Source: Gemmatimonadales bacterium (lineage in GTDB: Bacteria; Gemmatimonadota; Gemmatimonadetes; Gemmatimonadales; GWC2-71-9). Taken from it: a DNA stretch of 37,908 nt. Where the stretch lies: contig DATHRW010000270.1 in the NCBI GenBank assembly GCA_035464955.1, positions 1 to 37,908 of the forward strand, in the 5' to 3' direction. Of this stretch, positions 27,609 to 34,816 are shown piece after piece. The notes beneath the pieces are model-generated. The model saw nothing but the letters and a program-made list of their open reading frames with translations. It had not been told where the DNA came from and did not search any database. The translations under genes and the position numbers were made by a program. Numbering within the stretch: position 1 is the first letter of the stretch; every line of letters starts with the position of its first letter.

Positions 27609-28544
27609 TCAGCGACCCCAGTATCGGCTGACCGCCACTGGGTAGGACAGGATTGGGTTCGAACCATGATCGGCGCCGGTCGTCATATCCATCTGCCACC
27701 GGAGCCCCGGCGGGGCATCGGCGGTGAGCGTGGCCCGGATCGCCTCGAATCCGCTGAGCATCCGGTTGCCCTCCTCAGATCCGAGGCTCAGGTACAGGAA
27801 TGTCTGGTCTGTAGGACGCTCACGCAACGTTCGTTGGAGGACAGAAACGATTGCCTGTCTGCCCACCCACGTCGACGGGCTGAACACGAAGCGCGCGTCG
27901 AACAGCGACCAACGCTCGGCGAACGCATACAGCGCGAAAAGTCCTCCCAGTGAGTGCCCAACGAGAATCCGAACGGGTTCGGTGCGGAATATCTCGTCGA
28001 CTGCGGGGATGGCCTCGGTCTCGAGGAAACGAAGATATCGGTCACCCTGCCCGCCGGCCGAATGCATGATGCGCTGGGGAGGAGTAAAGTCCTCGGTGCG
28101 ACCGACACTGCTCCGGGGCAGCTCCACGACGATGGACGGTTCGGCGATACCGGCCTGCGCCAGTGTCTGCGTGGCTCGATAGACCATGTCACCGTGAGAA
28201 GCATCGAGAACCCAGAGCACGGGGAATCGTCGGTCCGGGTCGGACGCGTACTCGATTGGCAGGCGTATTCCCAGCTGTACCGACTCGCCGAGCACGTCTG
28301 AATGGACCGCGAGTTCGGAGCGTGAGTCCTCGTTCACCGGTCCGTTGTACGAGGTCTTGATCAGCGCAATCGCCGCGCCGGCTCCGACCACGCCGCCCAT
28401 GCCCGCGGCCACAACGAGTCCAGCCATGGCCAACAGGCCGATCTTGAGTCGTGTCATGACTGGGCGCTGCCTATCCTGAAGACTGGGAATGGAGGGCTCC
28501 GGCGGATAGAACATCTGGAAGAGATCTCGGAGAACGGGCTGCAT
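27609..28544 (-). CDS. Membrane-anchored PF00756-type (esterase D / siderophore-esterase-like) alpha/beta hydrolase
   Basis: AGAGGTGA Shine-Dalgarno 5-6 nt upstream of the ATG at 28544. TM anchor LKIGLLAMAGLVVAAGMGGVVGAGAAIALI. FPVLWVLDAS and nucleophile elbow GHSLGG. Confidence 0.75.
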   Translation of the reverse strand: MQPVLRDLFQMFYPPEPSIPSLQDRQRPVMTRLKIGLLAMAGLVVAAGMGGVVGAGAAIALIKTSYNGPVNEDSRSELAVHSDVLGESVQLGIRLPIEYASDPDRRFPVLWVLDASHGDMVYRATQTLAQAGIAEPSIVVELPRSSVGRTEDFTPPQRIMHSAGGQGDRYLRFLETEAIPAVDEIFRTEPVRILVGHSLGGLFALYAFAERWSLFDARFVFSPSTWVGRQAIVSVLQRTLRERPTDQTFLYLSLGSEEGNRMLSGFEAIRATLTADAPPGLRWQMDMTTGADHGSNPILSYPVAVSRYWGR

Positions 28545-28574
28545 CGGTCACCTCTTGCCGGGCCCACGCTGTGC

Positions 28575-29093
28575 TCAGTCTTCCGACCACACTGCCAGTT
28601 CGTTTCCGCTTGGGTCCGCGAAATGAAAGCGGCGGCCGCCGGGAAAGTCGAACGGCTCCTCGACGATCCGCCCGCCCGCCTCGCGCACTCGCCTGAGGGT
28701 CAGGTTGAGATCGCTGGAATACAAGATGACCAATGGCCCGCCGGTCGATACCTCCGGCACGAGCCGGAATCCTCCGGCCTCGCCGTCCGGCTTTCGAATG
28801 CCGGCATAGTCCGGTCCGTAATCAGTGAACGTCCAGTCGAATGCCGTCGCGTAGAATCGTTTGGACTCGGCCATGTCCGTAACGGAGAATTCGATGTAGT
28901 CGATACTGTGATGAACGTGAGTGTCGGCTGGCATGTTCTGTGACTCCCTTGATGTCTGCGGCGCTTCCCCGCCAGGCCTGCACGAACACAGAAACGCCGC
29001 CGCGAGCAGGAGCGGGGCCCTTTCCCAGGCCCTGCGATGGGTCCGAGCTACGACACGGCCTGGGTGACTCGCGCTCGTGCCAAGCGGATGCAT
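28575..29093 (-). CDS. VOC-family (glyoxalase/bleomycin-resistance fold) protein, possibly lipoprotein
   Basis: C-terminal 119 aa are VOC-like (IDYIEFSVTDMAESKRFYATAFDW...PGGRRFHFADPSGNELAVWS). The ATG at 29093 has GGGAGG about 7 nt upstream and gives a signal with LLLAAAFLCSC. A cytoplasmic form could start at 28934, which also has an AGGGAG Shine-Dalgarno. Confidence 0.7.
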   Translation of the reverse strand: MHPLGTSASHPGRVVARTHRRAWERAPLLLAAAFLCSCRPGGEAPQTSRESQNMPADTHVHHSIDYIEFSVTDMAESKRFYATAFDWTFTDYGPDYAGIRKPDGEAGGFRLVPEVSTGGPLVILYSSDLNLTLRRVREAGGRIVEEPFDFPGGRRFHFADPSGNELAVWSED

Positions 29094-29296
29094 CACTGAC
29101 CTCCCTTCGGACGAAGGCTCAGCCGGCCCCGAACCGCGACCGGGCCTCAATGCTCCGCGACCATACCGCCGGTTCCCACCTGCCGCAAGCGCCATGGCCG
29201 CCGAATGCCGGTATCTTACCTGTTTCTGCCCACCCGCTCCATTGGCCATGGGGATGCTATGAAGACACTGACCGACCACGCGGCGGCAACCACCCG

Positions 29297-30979
29297 ATGA
29301 GCGCGCCGCTTCGCGCCCTCGAGCGAATCCACCGGCAGTTCGGACCGGGCCTCGCTGAGCGGAAGGCCATCCTGCTGGATCGCCTGGCGTCGCGGCGGCT
29401 CCCTACCGCGCGCGCGGTGAGCCGGCTCCACGAAGTGCTCTGTTACCTCCGCGCCTATCCGGATTCCCCCGCAGTCTTGGAGCGGGTAGAACAGATGCTG
29501 ATGCAATTCTCGGGGCGGCGCGACCTTCGCCGCCACGCGGCGGAACTCCAAGACAGCGGAATCGCGGGGACCCCGACCTACTATCCGTTCTTCCACCCCA
29601 CGGCGGTGTGGCTGGCCTCCCGCTGGCCGTCGCGGCTCACCATCTCATGGCCGGACCTGGAGTATCCCGACCGGCTGGACCGGATCCTCCCCCTGCTCGC
29701 GCTCTGGGCCGAGACTCCAGGACTGGACGAAGCCCCGCTGTCGGTCCGCGACTGGATCCGGCGGATGAAAGGCCCCAAGGAAACCGACGCCGTCTTCCTG
29801 GTTCGCAGGATGGAAGCGGTGCGGGCGGAACTGCCGGTAAGGGAAGTGGTGTTCGAAGACTTGGGGATCATGTTCAAGCTGTCGTCGGGTCCCGACACTC
29901 CCGCTCGCACCCACGCCCGGGTGCCGCGCGGCCGGGCACACTACGTGACCCGTCCGCTCGACACCGCGCGCCCGGACCTGCGACTGGCCCTCCGAGATCG
30001 TCCCCGCCGCGTGACCGCGGTGCCGCGCACCGAGGCCCAGCGGCTGATCGACCTGGCCAGGGAAGCCATGGTGGCCCGGAGCCGCGACCTCGATACCTTC
30101 GCCTACGGCGATCCCGACGATGTTCGGATCGTGGACATGGGGGACGGGCTCGAATTCGTCGCCATCGGCCTCATTCCCGAGCGCCGGCTCCTGCTCGAGG
30201 CGGTCTACGGGTTTCTCACGCTCAAGAACGGCGTACCGATCGGCTACGTGCTGAACAGCGCGCTCTACGGTTCCGCCGAAGTGGCCTACAACGTGTTCGA
30301 CACCTATCGGGGCGGCGAGGCCGGCCGGGTCTACGGCCAGGTGCTGGCCATGCTCCGCCATCTGTTTCGGGCCACCGCGTTCACCATCTATCCGTACCAG
30401 CTAGGCGGGGAGGGGAACGACGAGGGGCTCAAGTCCGGCGCCTGGTGGTTCTATCAGAAGCTCGGCTTCCGGCCCCGCGACCCAGAGGCCGTGACCCTCA
30501 TGAAGTCCGAACTGGCTCGGATGCGTCGGTCCGCGAGCCATCGATCGACCCGGGCCACGCTGAAGCAACTGGCCGAGCACAATATGTACTACCACATCGG
30601 CCGGCCTCGGGAGGACGTGATGGGGGTGTTTCCGCTCGCCAACGTGGGGCTGGCGGTGACCGACGCCTTGGCCCGGCGCTTCGGCGCGGACCGGGACGCC
30701 GCCGAGCGGGTGCTCGACCGGGAAGTGGCCCGCATGCTCGCGACCGGCAGCCGGCGCGGCTGGAGCGCGGGCGAGCGGCTGGGGTTTGCGCGCTGGGCTC
30801 CGCTGGTCGCTGCGCTCCCGGATGTGGCCGCTTGGACGCTAGCCGAGCGCCGGGCGCTCGCACGGGTGATGCGCGCCAAGGGCGGGCGCCGCGAGTCCGA
30901 CTTCGTGCTCCGGTTCGATGCGCACCGCAGGCTCCGGCGGGCGGTGGCCGCCCTGGCCCGGGATGCCCGGGTCCCATGA
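29297..30979 (+). CDS. Hypothetical 560-aa protein with a GNAT-like segment in its C-terminal half
   Basis: ATG at 29297; the upstream part of the 679-aa ORF overlaps the VOC gene region. No family recognised. The segment LKNGVPIGYVLN...YRGGEAGRVYGQVLAMLRHLF...SGAWWFYQKLGFRP resembles an acetyl-CoA-binding GNAT core. Confidence 0.6.
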   Translation: MSAPLRALERIHRQFGPGLAERKAILLDRLASRRLPTARAVSRLHEVLCYLRAYPDSPAVLERVEQMLMQFSGRRDLRRHAAELQDSGIAGTPTYYPFFHPTAVWLASRWPSRLTISWPDLEYPDRLDRILPLLALWAETPGLDEAPLSVRDWIRRMKGPKETDAVFLVRRMEAVRAELPVREVVFEDLGIMFKLSSGPDTPARTHARVPRGRAHYVTRPLDTARPDLRLALRDRPRRVTAVPRTEAQRLIDLAREAMVARSRDLDTFAYGDPDDVRIVDMGDGLEFVAIGLIPERRLLLEAVYGFLTLKNGVPIGYVLNSALYGSAEVAYNVFDTYRGGEAGRVYGQVLAMLRHLFRATAFTIYPYQLGGEGNDEGLKSGAWWFYQKLGFRPRDPEAVTLMKSELARMRRSASHRSTRATLKQLAEHNMYYHIGRPREDVMGVFPLANVGLAVTDALARRFGADRDAAERVLDREVARMLATGSRRGWSAGERLGFARWAPLVAALPDVAAWTLAERRALARVMRAKGGRRESDFVLRFDAHRRLRRAVAALARDARVP

Positions 30980-31028
30980 CGTGCCGATCTTCGGGACTGG
31001 CGATCGTCGCGACGCGGCCGAGCGGTCG

Positions 31029-31502
31029 TTACGTCGCCAGCTCTCGTGTCATGAACACACTGTTCGGGTCGTCGATGTAATGCGCAAAGGGTCCGCACGG
31101 TTCAAAGCCGAACCGGGCGTAGAGGGCCCGTGCGGGGGCAAACGCTTCTTGCGAGCCGGTCTCGAGGCTGAGGCGACGATAGCCACGGGTCCTCGCCACG
31201 TGGAGGATGTGTTCGAGTAGCGCCGCCGCAACGCCCGTCCGCAGATGGGACGACGCGGTTCGCATCGATTTGAGTTCGGCATGGTGTGCATCCAACTCCT
31301 TGAGCGCACCACAACCCGCCAGCGTCGATCCCTGCCACACACTCCAAAAGGTCACGTCGGGCGCTCGCAAGCCGTCGAGGTCCAGTACGTGGACGCTCTC
31401 GGGTGGAGAGATCTGGGAGACGGCATCGAGGTGCTCGTGCAACAACCCGATCACCTCGGGTCCGGTTAGGTCGTCCGGGCGAATATCGAACGGGCGCATC
31501 AT
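31029..31502 (-). CDS. GNAT-family N-acetyltransferase (157 aa)
   Basis: Typical GNAT pattern: TLAGCGALKELDAHHAELKSMRTASSHLRTGVAAALLEHILHVARTRGYRRLSLETG...ARALYARFGFEPCGPF. Confidence 0.85.
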   Translation of the reverse strand: MMRPFDIRPDDLTGPEVIGLLHEHLDAVSQISPPESVHVLDLDGLRAPDVTFWSVWQGSTLAGCGALKELDAHHAELKSMRTASSHLRTGVAAALLEHILHVARTRGYRRLSLETGSQEAFAPARALYARFGFEPCGPFAHYIDDPNSVFMTRELAT

Positions 31503-31625
31503 GGAGGAACCTCTACCTCCGATCGGCGTCTACTCGGCCGGCCGAACCACCACCACGGGAGTGGGGTCGGGTCCATCTGGCCGTCCTCGATGGCGGGCTC
31601 GACGTTCGGCTGCGCGGTGTGTGCC

Positions 31626-31970
31626 TCAGCGGGGCGGTGCGTCGGGGCGATCAGCGCGTTGGTACTTCGTGAGTAGGCGCTCGGCAAAATCCAGGCGCTC
31701 CTCGAGCTCCTGCAGCCGCGGTTGTAAATCGTCGATGGTGTCGAGCAAGTGCTCGTTCTGGTCGATGGCGTCGAGCGAATGCTCAGTCCGAGCGTCGGCT
31801 TGGTTGCGGGCCATGAGGCGCCGCGCGCCGAGCGCAAACAGTACCGCGAACAGGGCATGGATGGTGGCATGCGATGGCTCGCCGGGTTGAGCGGCAAACC
31901 ACACGGCGGCGAGGTTGCCGAGCGAGAGGAGCCATGCGACCGGTACCCAGGCGCGGTGTTTGAACCACAT
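31626..31970 (-). CDS. Hypothetical membrane protein with C-terminal coiled-coil (start uncertain; the ORF track starts at GTG 32042)
   Basis: Two hydrophobic segments (WVPVAWLLSLGNLAAVWFA, ATIHALFAVLFALGA), then LQPRLQELEERLDFAERLL. The first 24 codons of the long version lie inside repeat copy A, so I prefer the ATG at 31970. Confidence 0.45.
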   Translation of the reverse strand: MWFKHRAWVPVAWLLSLGNLAAVWFAAQPGEPSHATIHALFAVLFALGARRLMARNQADARTEHSLDAIDQNEHLLDTIDDLQPRLQELEERLDFAERLLTKYQRADRPDAPPR

Positions 31971-31993
31971 GGATGCGTCCAGCGTTGGGAGCT

Positions 31994-32100
31994 GCCTGAC
32001 GGGTTCTGTGACCGTGGCGAGCCACCTGGCCCGTCTGCTCACAAATCAACGACTTCCGCCCAGCCAGGCAAGTCCGCCCATTGCACGAAGGGGCCAGGGC
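31994..32100. repeat. Repeat copy A: roughly 105-nt homolog of copy C
   Basis: aatcaacgacttccgc (32044-32059) is identical to 37783-37798. The flanks align with copy C: cgtgcaatgggcgg vs cgtgcagtggccgg, and acgggccaggtggctcgcc vs gcgggccggctggcccgcc (minus-strand reading). It ends with GCCTGAC (31994-32000). Confidence 0.4.
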
Positions 32101-32222
32101 CAGCGCCCGGGCGGGAGGCTCAGGCCGCCGGTTGCCCGAACGTGAGCCACGATCAGCATCACCACCAGTGGAAGGCCGACAACCACCACGGCAGCGGCAA
32201 CCACGACCCTCCTGATCTTCAT
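32046..32222 (-). CDS. Possible 58-aa small membrane ORF (not in ORF track)
   Basis: ATG at 32222 preceded by GGGAGG. N-terminal TM segment in MKIRRVVVAAAVVVVGLPLVVMLIVAHV. The C-terminal third is encoded by repeat copy A, so it may be fortuitous. Confidence 0.25.
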   Translation of the reverse strand: MKIRRVVVAAAVVVVGLPLVVMLIVAHVRATGGLSLPPGRWPWPLRAMGGLAWLGGSR

Positions 32223-32288
32223 CGACCTCCCGCCCTGAGCGGCCGCTGTACGCGTCGCGCGTCATTGGGCGGGCTGGCTCATCCGCTT

Positions 32289-32327
32289 GCTCACAAATCA
32301 GCGACGATTGGGCCGTGTGGGTTGAAC
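32289..32327. repeat. Repeat copy E: partial copy sharing a 17-mer with copy A, followed by a GTTGAAC core-like heptamer
   Basis: gctcacaaatcagcgac (32289-32305) matches gctcacaaatcaacgac (32037-32053) at 16 of 17 positions. GTTGAAC sits at 32321-32327. Confidence 0.4.
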
Positions 32328-32362
32328 GAATCCCACGCCAGCGGCGGATCAGACCAAACCAG

Positions 32363-34660
32363 TCACGGCAGCGTCGCGCTCGACCTCTGGGCCTCGATCT
32401 CCTGACCGCCCTGGTGAATCACCAGGGCGGTGGTGTTGCCGCCGGCATCCGTCCGGAACGTGATCTGCACGGCCGCTTCGGTGAGATAGAATTCGGTCTC
32501 GGATGTCGGCCACAGCTGGACCCTGTCCTGTCCGGTCGGCTGCGCCCAGAGCGTGGTGTCTTCCCGCGTGATGACCAGCTCGCCGAGCCCCGGAACCTGG
32601 TACGTCCCCACGTGCCGATCCAGCACGGCCTGGCTCAGGTGCACCGGCTTCGGCTGCGGCCAGACGTTGTCGCGGGGGTTGCGGTCCGGAAAGCGCTTGT
32701 GGGGATCGAGCGTGATCTTCGCGATCTGCCGCCCGCCAAACTCGAGGTCCGCGTCGAAGGTGCGGCCGCCGTTGAACCAGACGTCCACCGGGAAGGTGAC
32801 CAGAGCGGTTGTCGAATCGGTCATCACGCTGTTTGTCATGGCGACGATGGCCGGTCCGGTGGGCTCAAATTCCACCTGGAGCACGACCGGCGACGGCATC
32901 TCGCCGTCCTGCCGAACCGTCACCACGGTGTGCGGCCCTTGGGTCGTCACCTTCTGAAGCGAGGCGTCGACCGACTCGGTCGTCCACAGCCAGTAATACC
33001 AGAACCAGCCTAGATCCTGGTGCAGCGCGGTGTTCATGAAGAACGCGTAGTCCCAGGGCGTGGGGTGCTTGAAGCGCCAGGCATGGGCGTAGGCGCTGTG
33101 CGCCCGCCAGACGGCGCTGTCGCCGACGATGCCGCCCAGCATGGACAGCATCATGGGCGCCTTGCCGTAGGCCACGAACCCGTACATCGGACCGGCGTAG
33201 TTCTCATCCCACATGAGCGGCGGCTCCTGCTCGTTGCCGCTCATCTGGCCGTACGACTGCCCCGGCCCGTCGAGCCCGGCGTCCGGTGCGCGGTGGTTGC
33301 GATCGTTGGAAGACAGGATGTTCATGTACTGATTGAACCCTTCGTCCATGAATCCCCACCACGTCTCGTTCACCCCCACCATCATCGGCCACCACTCGTG
33401 GCCGACCTCGTGATCCGCCGCGCCCAGCGCCGACATGATGAACATGGGATACTCCATGCCCAGCTCGGGGCCGTCAGCGACCGTCAATTGCGGGAAGGCA
33501 TAGGGCATCCAGAGTTGCGAGTAGAACTCCAAGGCATGGCGCACCCGTTCCCCAACCTGATCGAAATGATGAGGCGCCGCTTCGTGGCCGGGCAGGTAGA
33601 GGATGTGGACCGGGATGTAGCCCTTGCCTGGGATGTTGGCTCGCGTGGCGTCCCAGGCGTAGCTCTTGGACGTGGCCCAGGCCACGTCGGCTACGCTATC
33701 GGCGACGAAATGCCACCTGAGGCGAGTGCCCGGGGCGGTGGATCTTCCGGGCCCCAGACTGTCGGGATCGACAACATGAATCTGGTTATCGGACTCCAAC
33801 ACCGTGGCGAGACGGGCGCGCTCGGCCTCGGTCAGCACTTCGTCGGGATTCTGTAATACACCGGTCGCCCCCACGATCCAGCCCGCAGGCACCTCGTACG
33901 TCACGTCGAAGTGTCCGAAATTGTTGTAGAACTCAGCACTGCCCAGATAGGGATCCGTGTCCCAGCCCTTGTAGTCGTCGTACACGGCCACTCGCGGGTA
34001 CCATTGCGCGACCTGGTACACCGTATCGGCCGAGCGGCCCATGCGCAGGCCGCGCCCCGACGGAATCAGCGGCACCTGAAACTGCCACTCGATGTCCAAT
34101 GTGGCAGAGCCGTGAGCGGCGACCGGTGTGCTCAACCGTACCCGGGCGCTGGTCGTATTGAAGTTGTGCGCCGTCGGCTCCGTCGGCGGTCCCGATGGAC
34201 GGCGAAACCCGCCTTCGCCGCGCGCGGCCGGCGTCGTCAAGTCGATGGTCTGACCGTCAATGGTCAGGCTGGTGACGTTCATGCCGCTGGTGATTTCGGA
34301 CACCGACCTGTTGCGCGGCGAGTTCTGTGCAAAGATGTTCTGGTCGAGGCGGAAGTAGATGTCCCGCATGGCCTCCGGGCTGTTGTTGTGCAGCACAATG
34401 GTCTCTCTGCCCGTCACGATGGAGGTGGCCGGGTCGAGGCTCGCATGGATCCTGTAATCCACCGACGTCTGCCAGTAGTTGGGCCCGGGCCGACCGGTCG
34501 AGTCGCGCGTGCCCGCTTGATGCGCGCGCTGGATCATGTTGGTGATGGGAATGGTGCGGCGAATCGCGCGGGGCGGCTGCTGGCCGAACGCCTGGTCCGT
34601 CCAATTGGGAGCGAGCAGCCCGGCGGTGGCGAGAATCAGGAGAGTGCGTTGCATGGTCAT
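32363..34660 (-). CDS. Secreted M1-family (gluzincin) zinc metallopeptidase
   Basis: Signal MTMQRTLLILATAGLLAP. Zinc motif HEVGHEWW plus downstream FMDEGFNQY (HExxH-18-E). Confidence 0.85.
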   Translation of the reverse strand: MTMQRTLLILATAGLLAPNWTDQAFGQQPPRAIRRTIPITNMIQRAHQAGTRDSTGRPGPNYWQTSVDYRIHASLDPATSIVTGRETIVLHNNSPEAMRDIYFRLDQNIFAQNSPRNRSVSEITSGMNVTSLTIDGQTIDLTTPAARGEGGFRRPSGPPTEPTAHNFNTTSARVRLSTPVAAHGSATLDIEWQFQVPLIPSGRGLRMGRSADTVYQVAQWYPRVAVYDDYKGWDTDPYLGSAEFYNNFGHFDVTYEVPAGWIVGATGVLQNPDEVLTEAERARLATVLESDNQIHVVDPDSLGPGRSTAPGTRLRWHFVADSVADVAWATSKSYAWDATRANIPGKGYIPVHILYLPGHEAAPHHFDQVGERVRHALEFYSQLWMPYAFPQLTVADGPELGMEYPMFIMSALGAADHEVGHEWWPMMVGVNETWWGFMDEGFNQYMNILSSNDRNHRAPDAGLDGPGQSYGQMSGNEQEPPLMWDENYAGPMYGFVAYGKAPMMLSMLGGIVGDSAVWRAHSAYAHAWRFKHPTPWDYAFFMNTALHQDLGWFWYYWLWTTESVDASLQKVTTQGPHTVVTVRQDGEMPSPVVLQVEFEPTGPAIVAMTNSVMTDSTTALVTFPVDVWFNGGRTFDADLEFGGRQIAKITLDPHKRFPDRNPRDNVWPQPKPVHLSQAVLDRHVGTYQVPGLGELVITREDTTLWAQPTGQDRVQLWPTSETEFYLTEAAVQITFRTDAGGNTTALVIHQGGQEIEAQRSSATLP

Positions 34661-34671
34661 AGCCCGGTGGG

Positions 34672-34816
34672 AGTCACAGTGGTCGACCGACGTCCGGCTT
34701 GAGATATCACATCAGGACGTCTTCGGCGAGGCGTCGGTTTCAGCATCTCATCACAACGACAAAGCTGACCACCGCGATCCGAATTGCGGGGACGGGGCCT
34801 GCCTCGGGCTGTGACT
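34672..34816. repeat. Repeat copy D: 145-nt intergenic element bracketed by an 8-bp perfect inverted repeat
   Basis: AGTCACAG (34672-34679) pairs with CTGTGACT (34809-34816, overlapping the DUF885 stop codon). There is an internal 7-bp stem GACGTCC (34689-34695) / GGACGTC (34715-34721). The core ctcatcacaacgac (34747-34760) is related to the family core. Confidence 0.35.

Noticed and set aside
28575-28934. Short (119-aa, cytoplasmic) version of the VOC protein starting at ATG 28934
   Set aside because: Not fully rejected. Both starts have good Shine-Dalgarno sequences. I report the longer form because it adds a plausible signal/lipobox and fills an otherwise empty 160 nt. The choice needs N-terminal or homolog evidence.
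32037-32059. Reading the conserved repeat core (minus strand GGAAGTCGTTGATT) as an ECF-sigma or sigma-70 promoter shared by the downstream genes
   Set aside because: GGAA and CGTT are adjacent rather than about 16-17 nt apart, as ECF promoters require. No -10-like hexamer follows TTGATT at proper spacing in any copy. The distance to the downstream start codon varies from 0 to about 120 nt.
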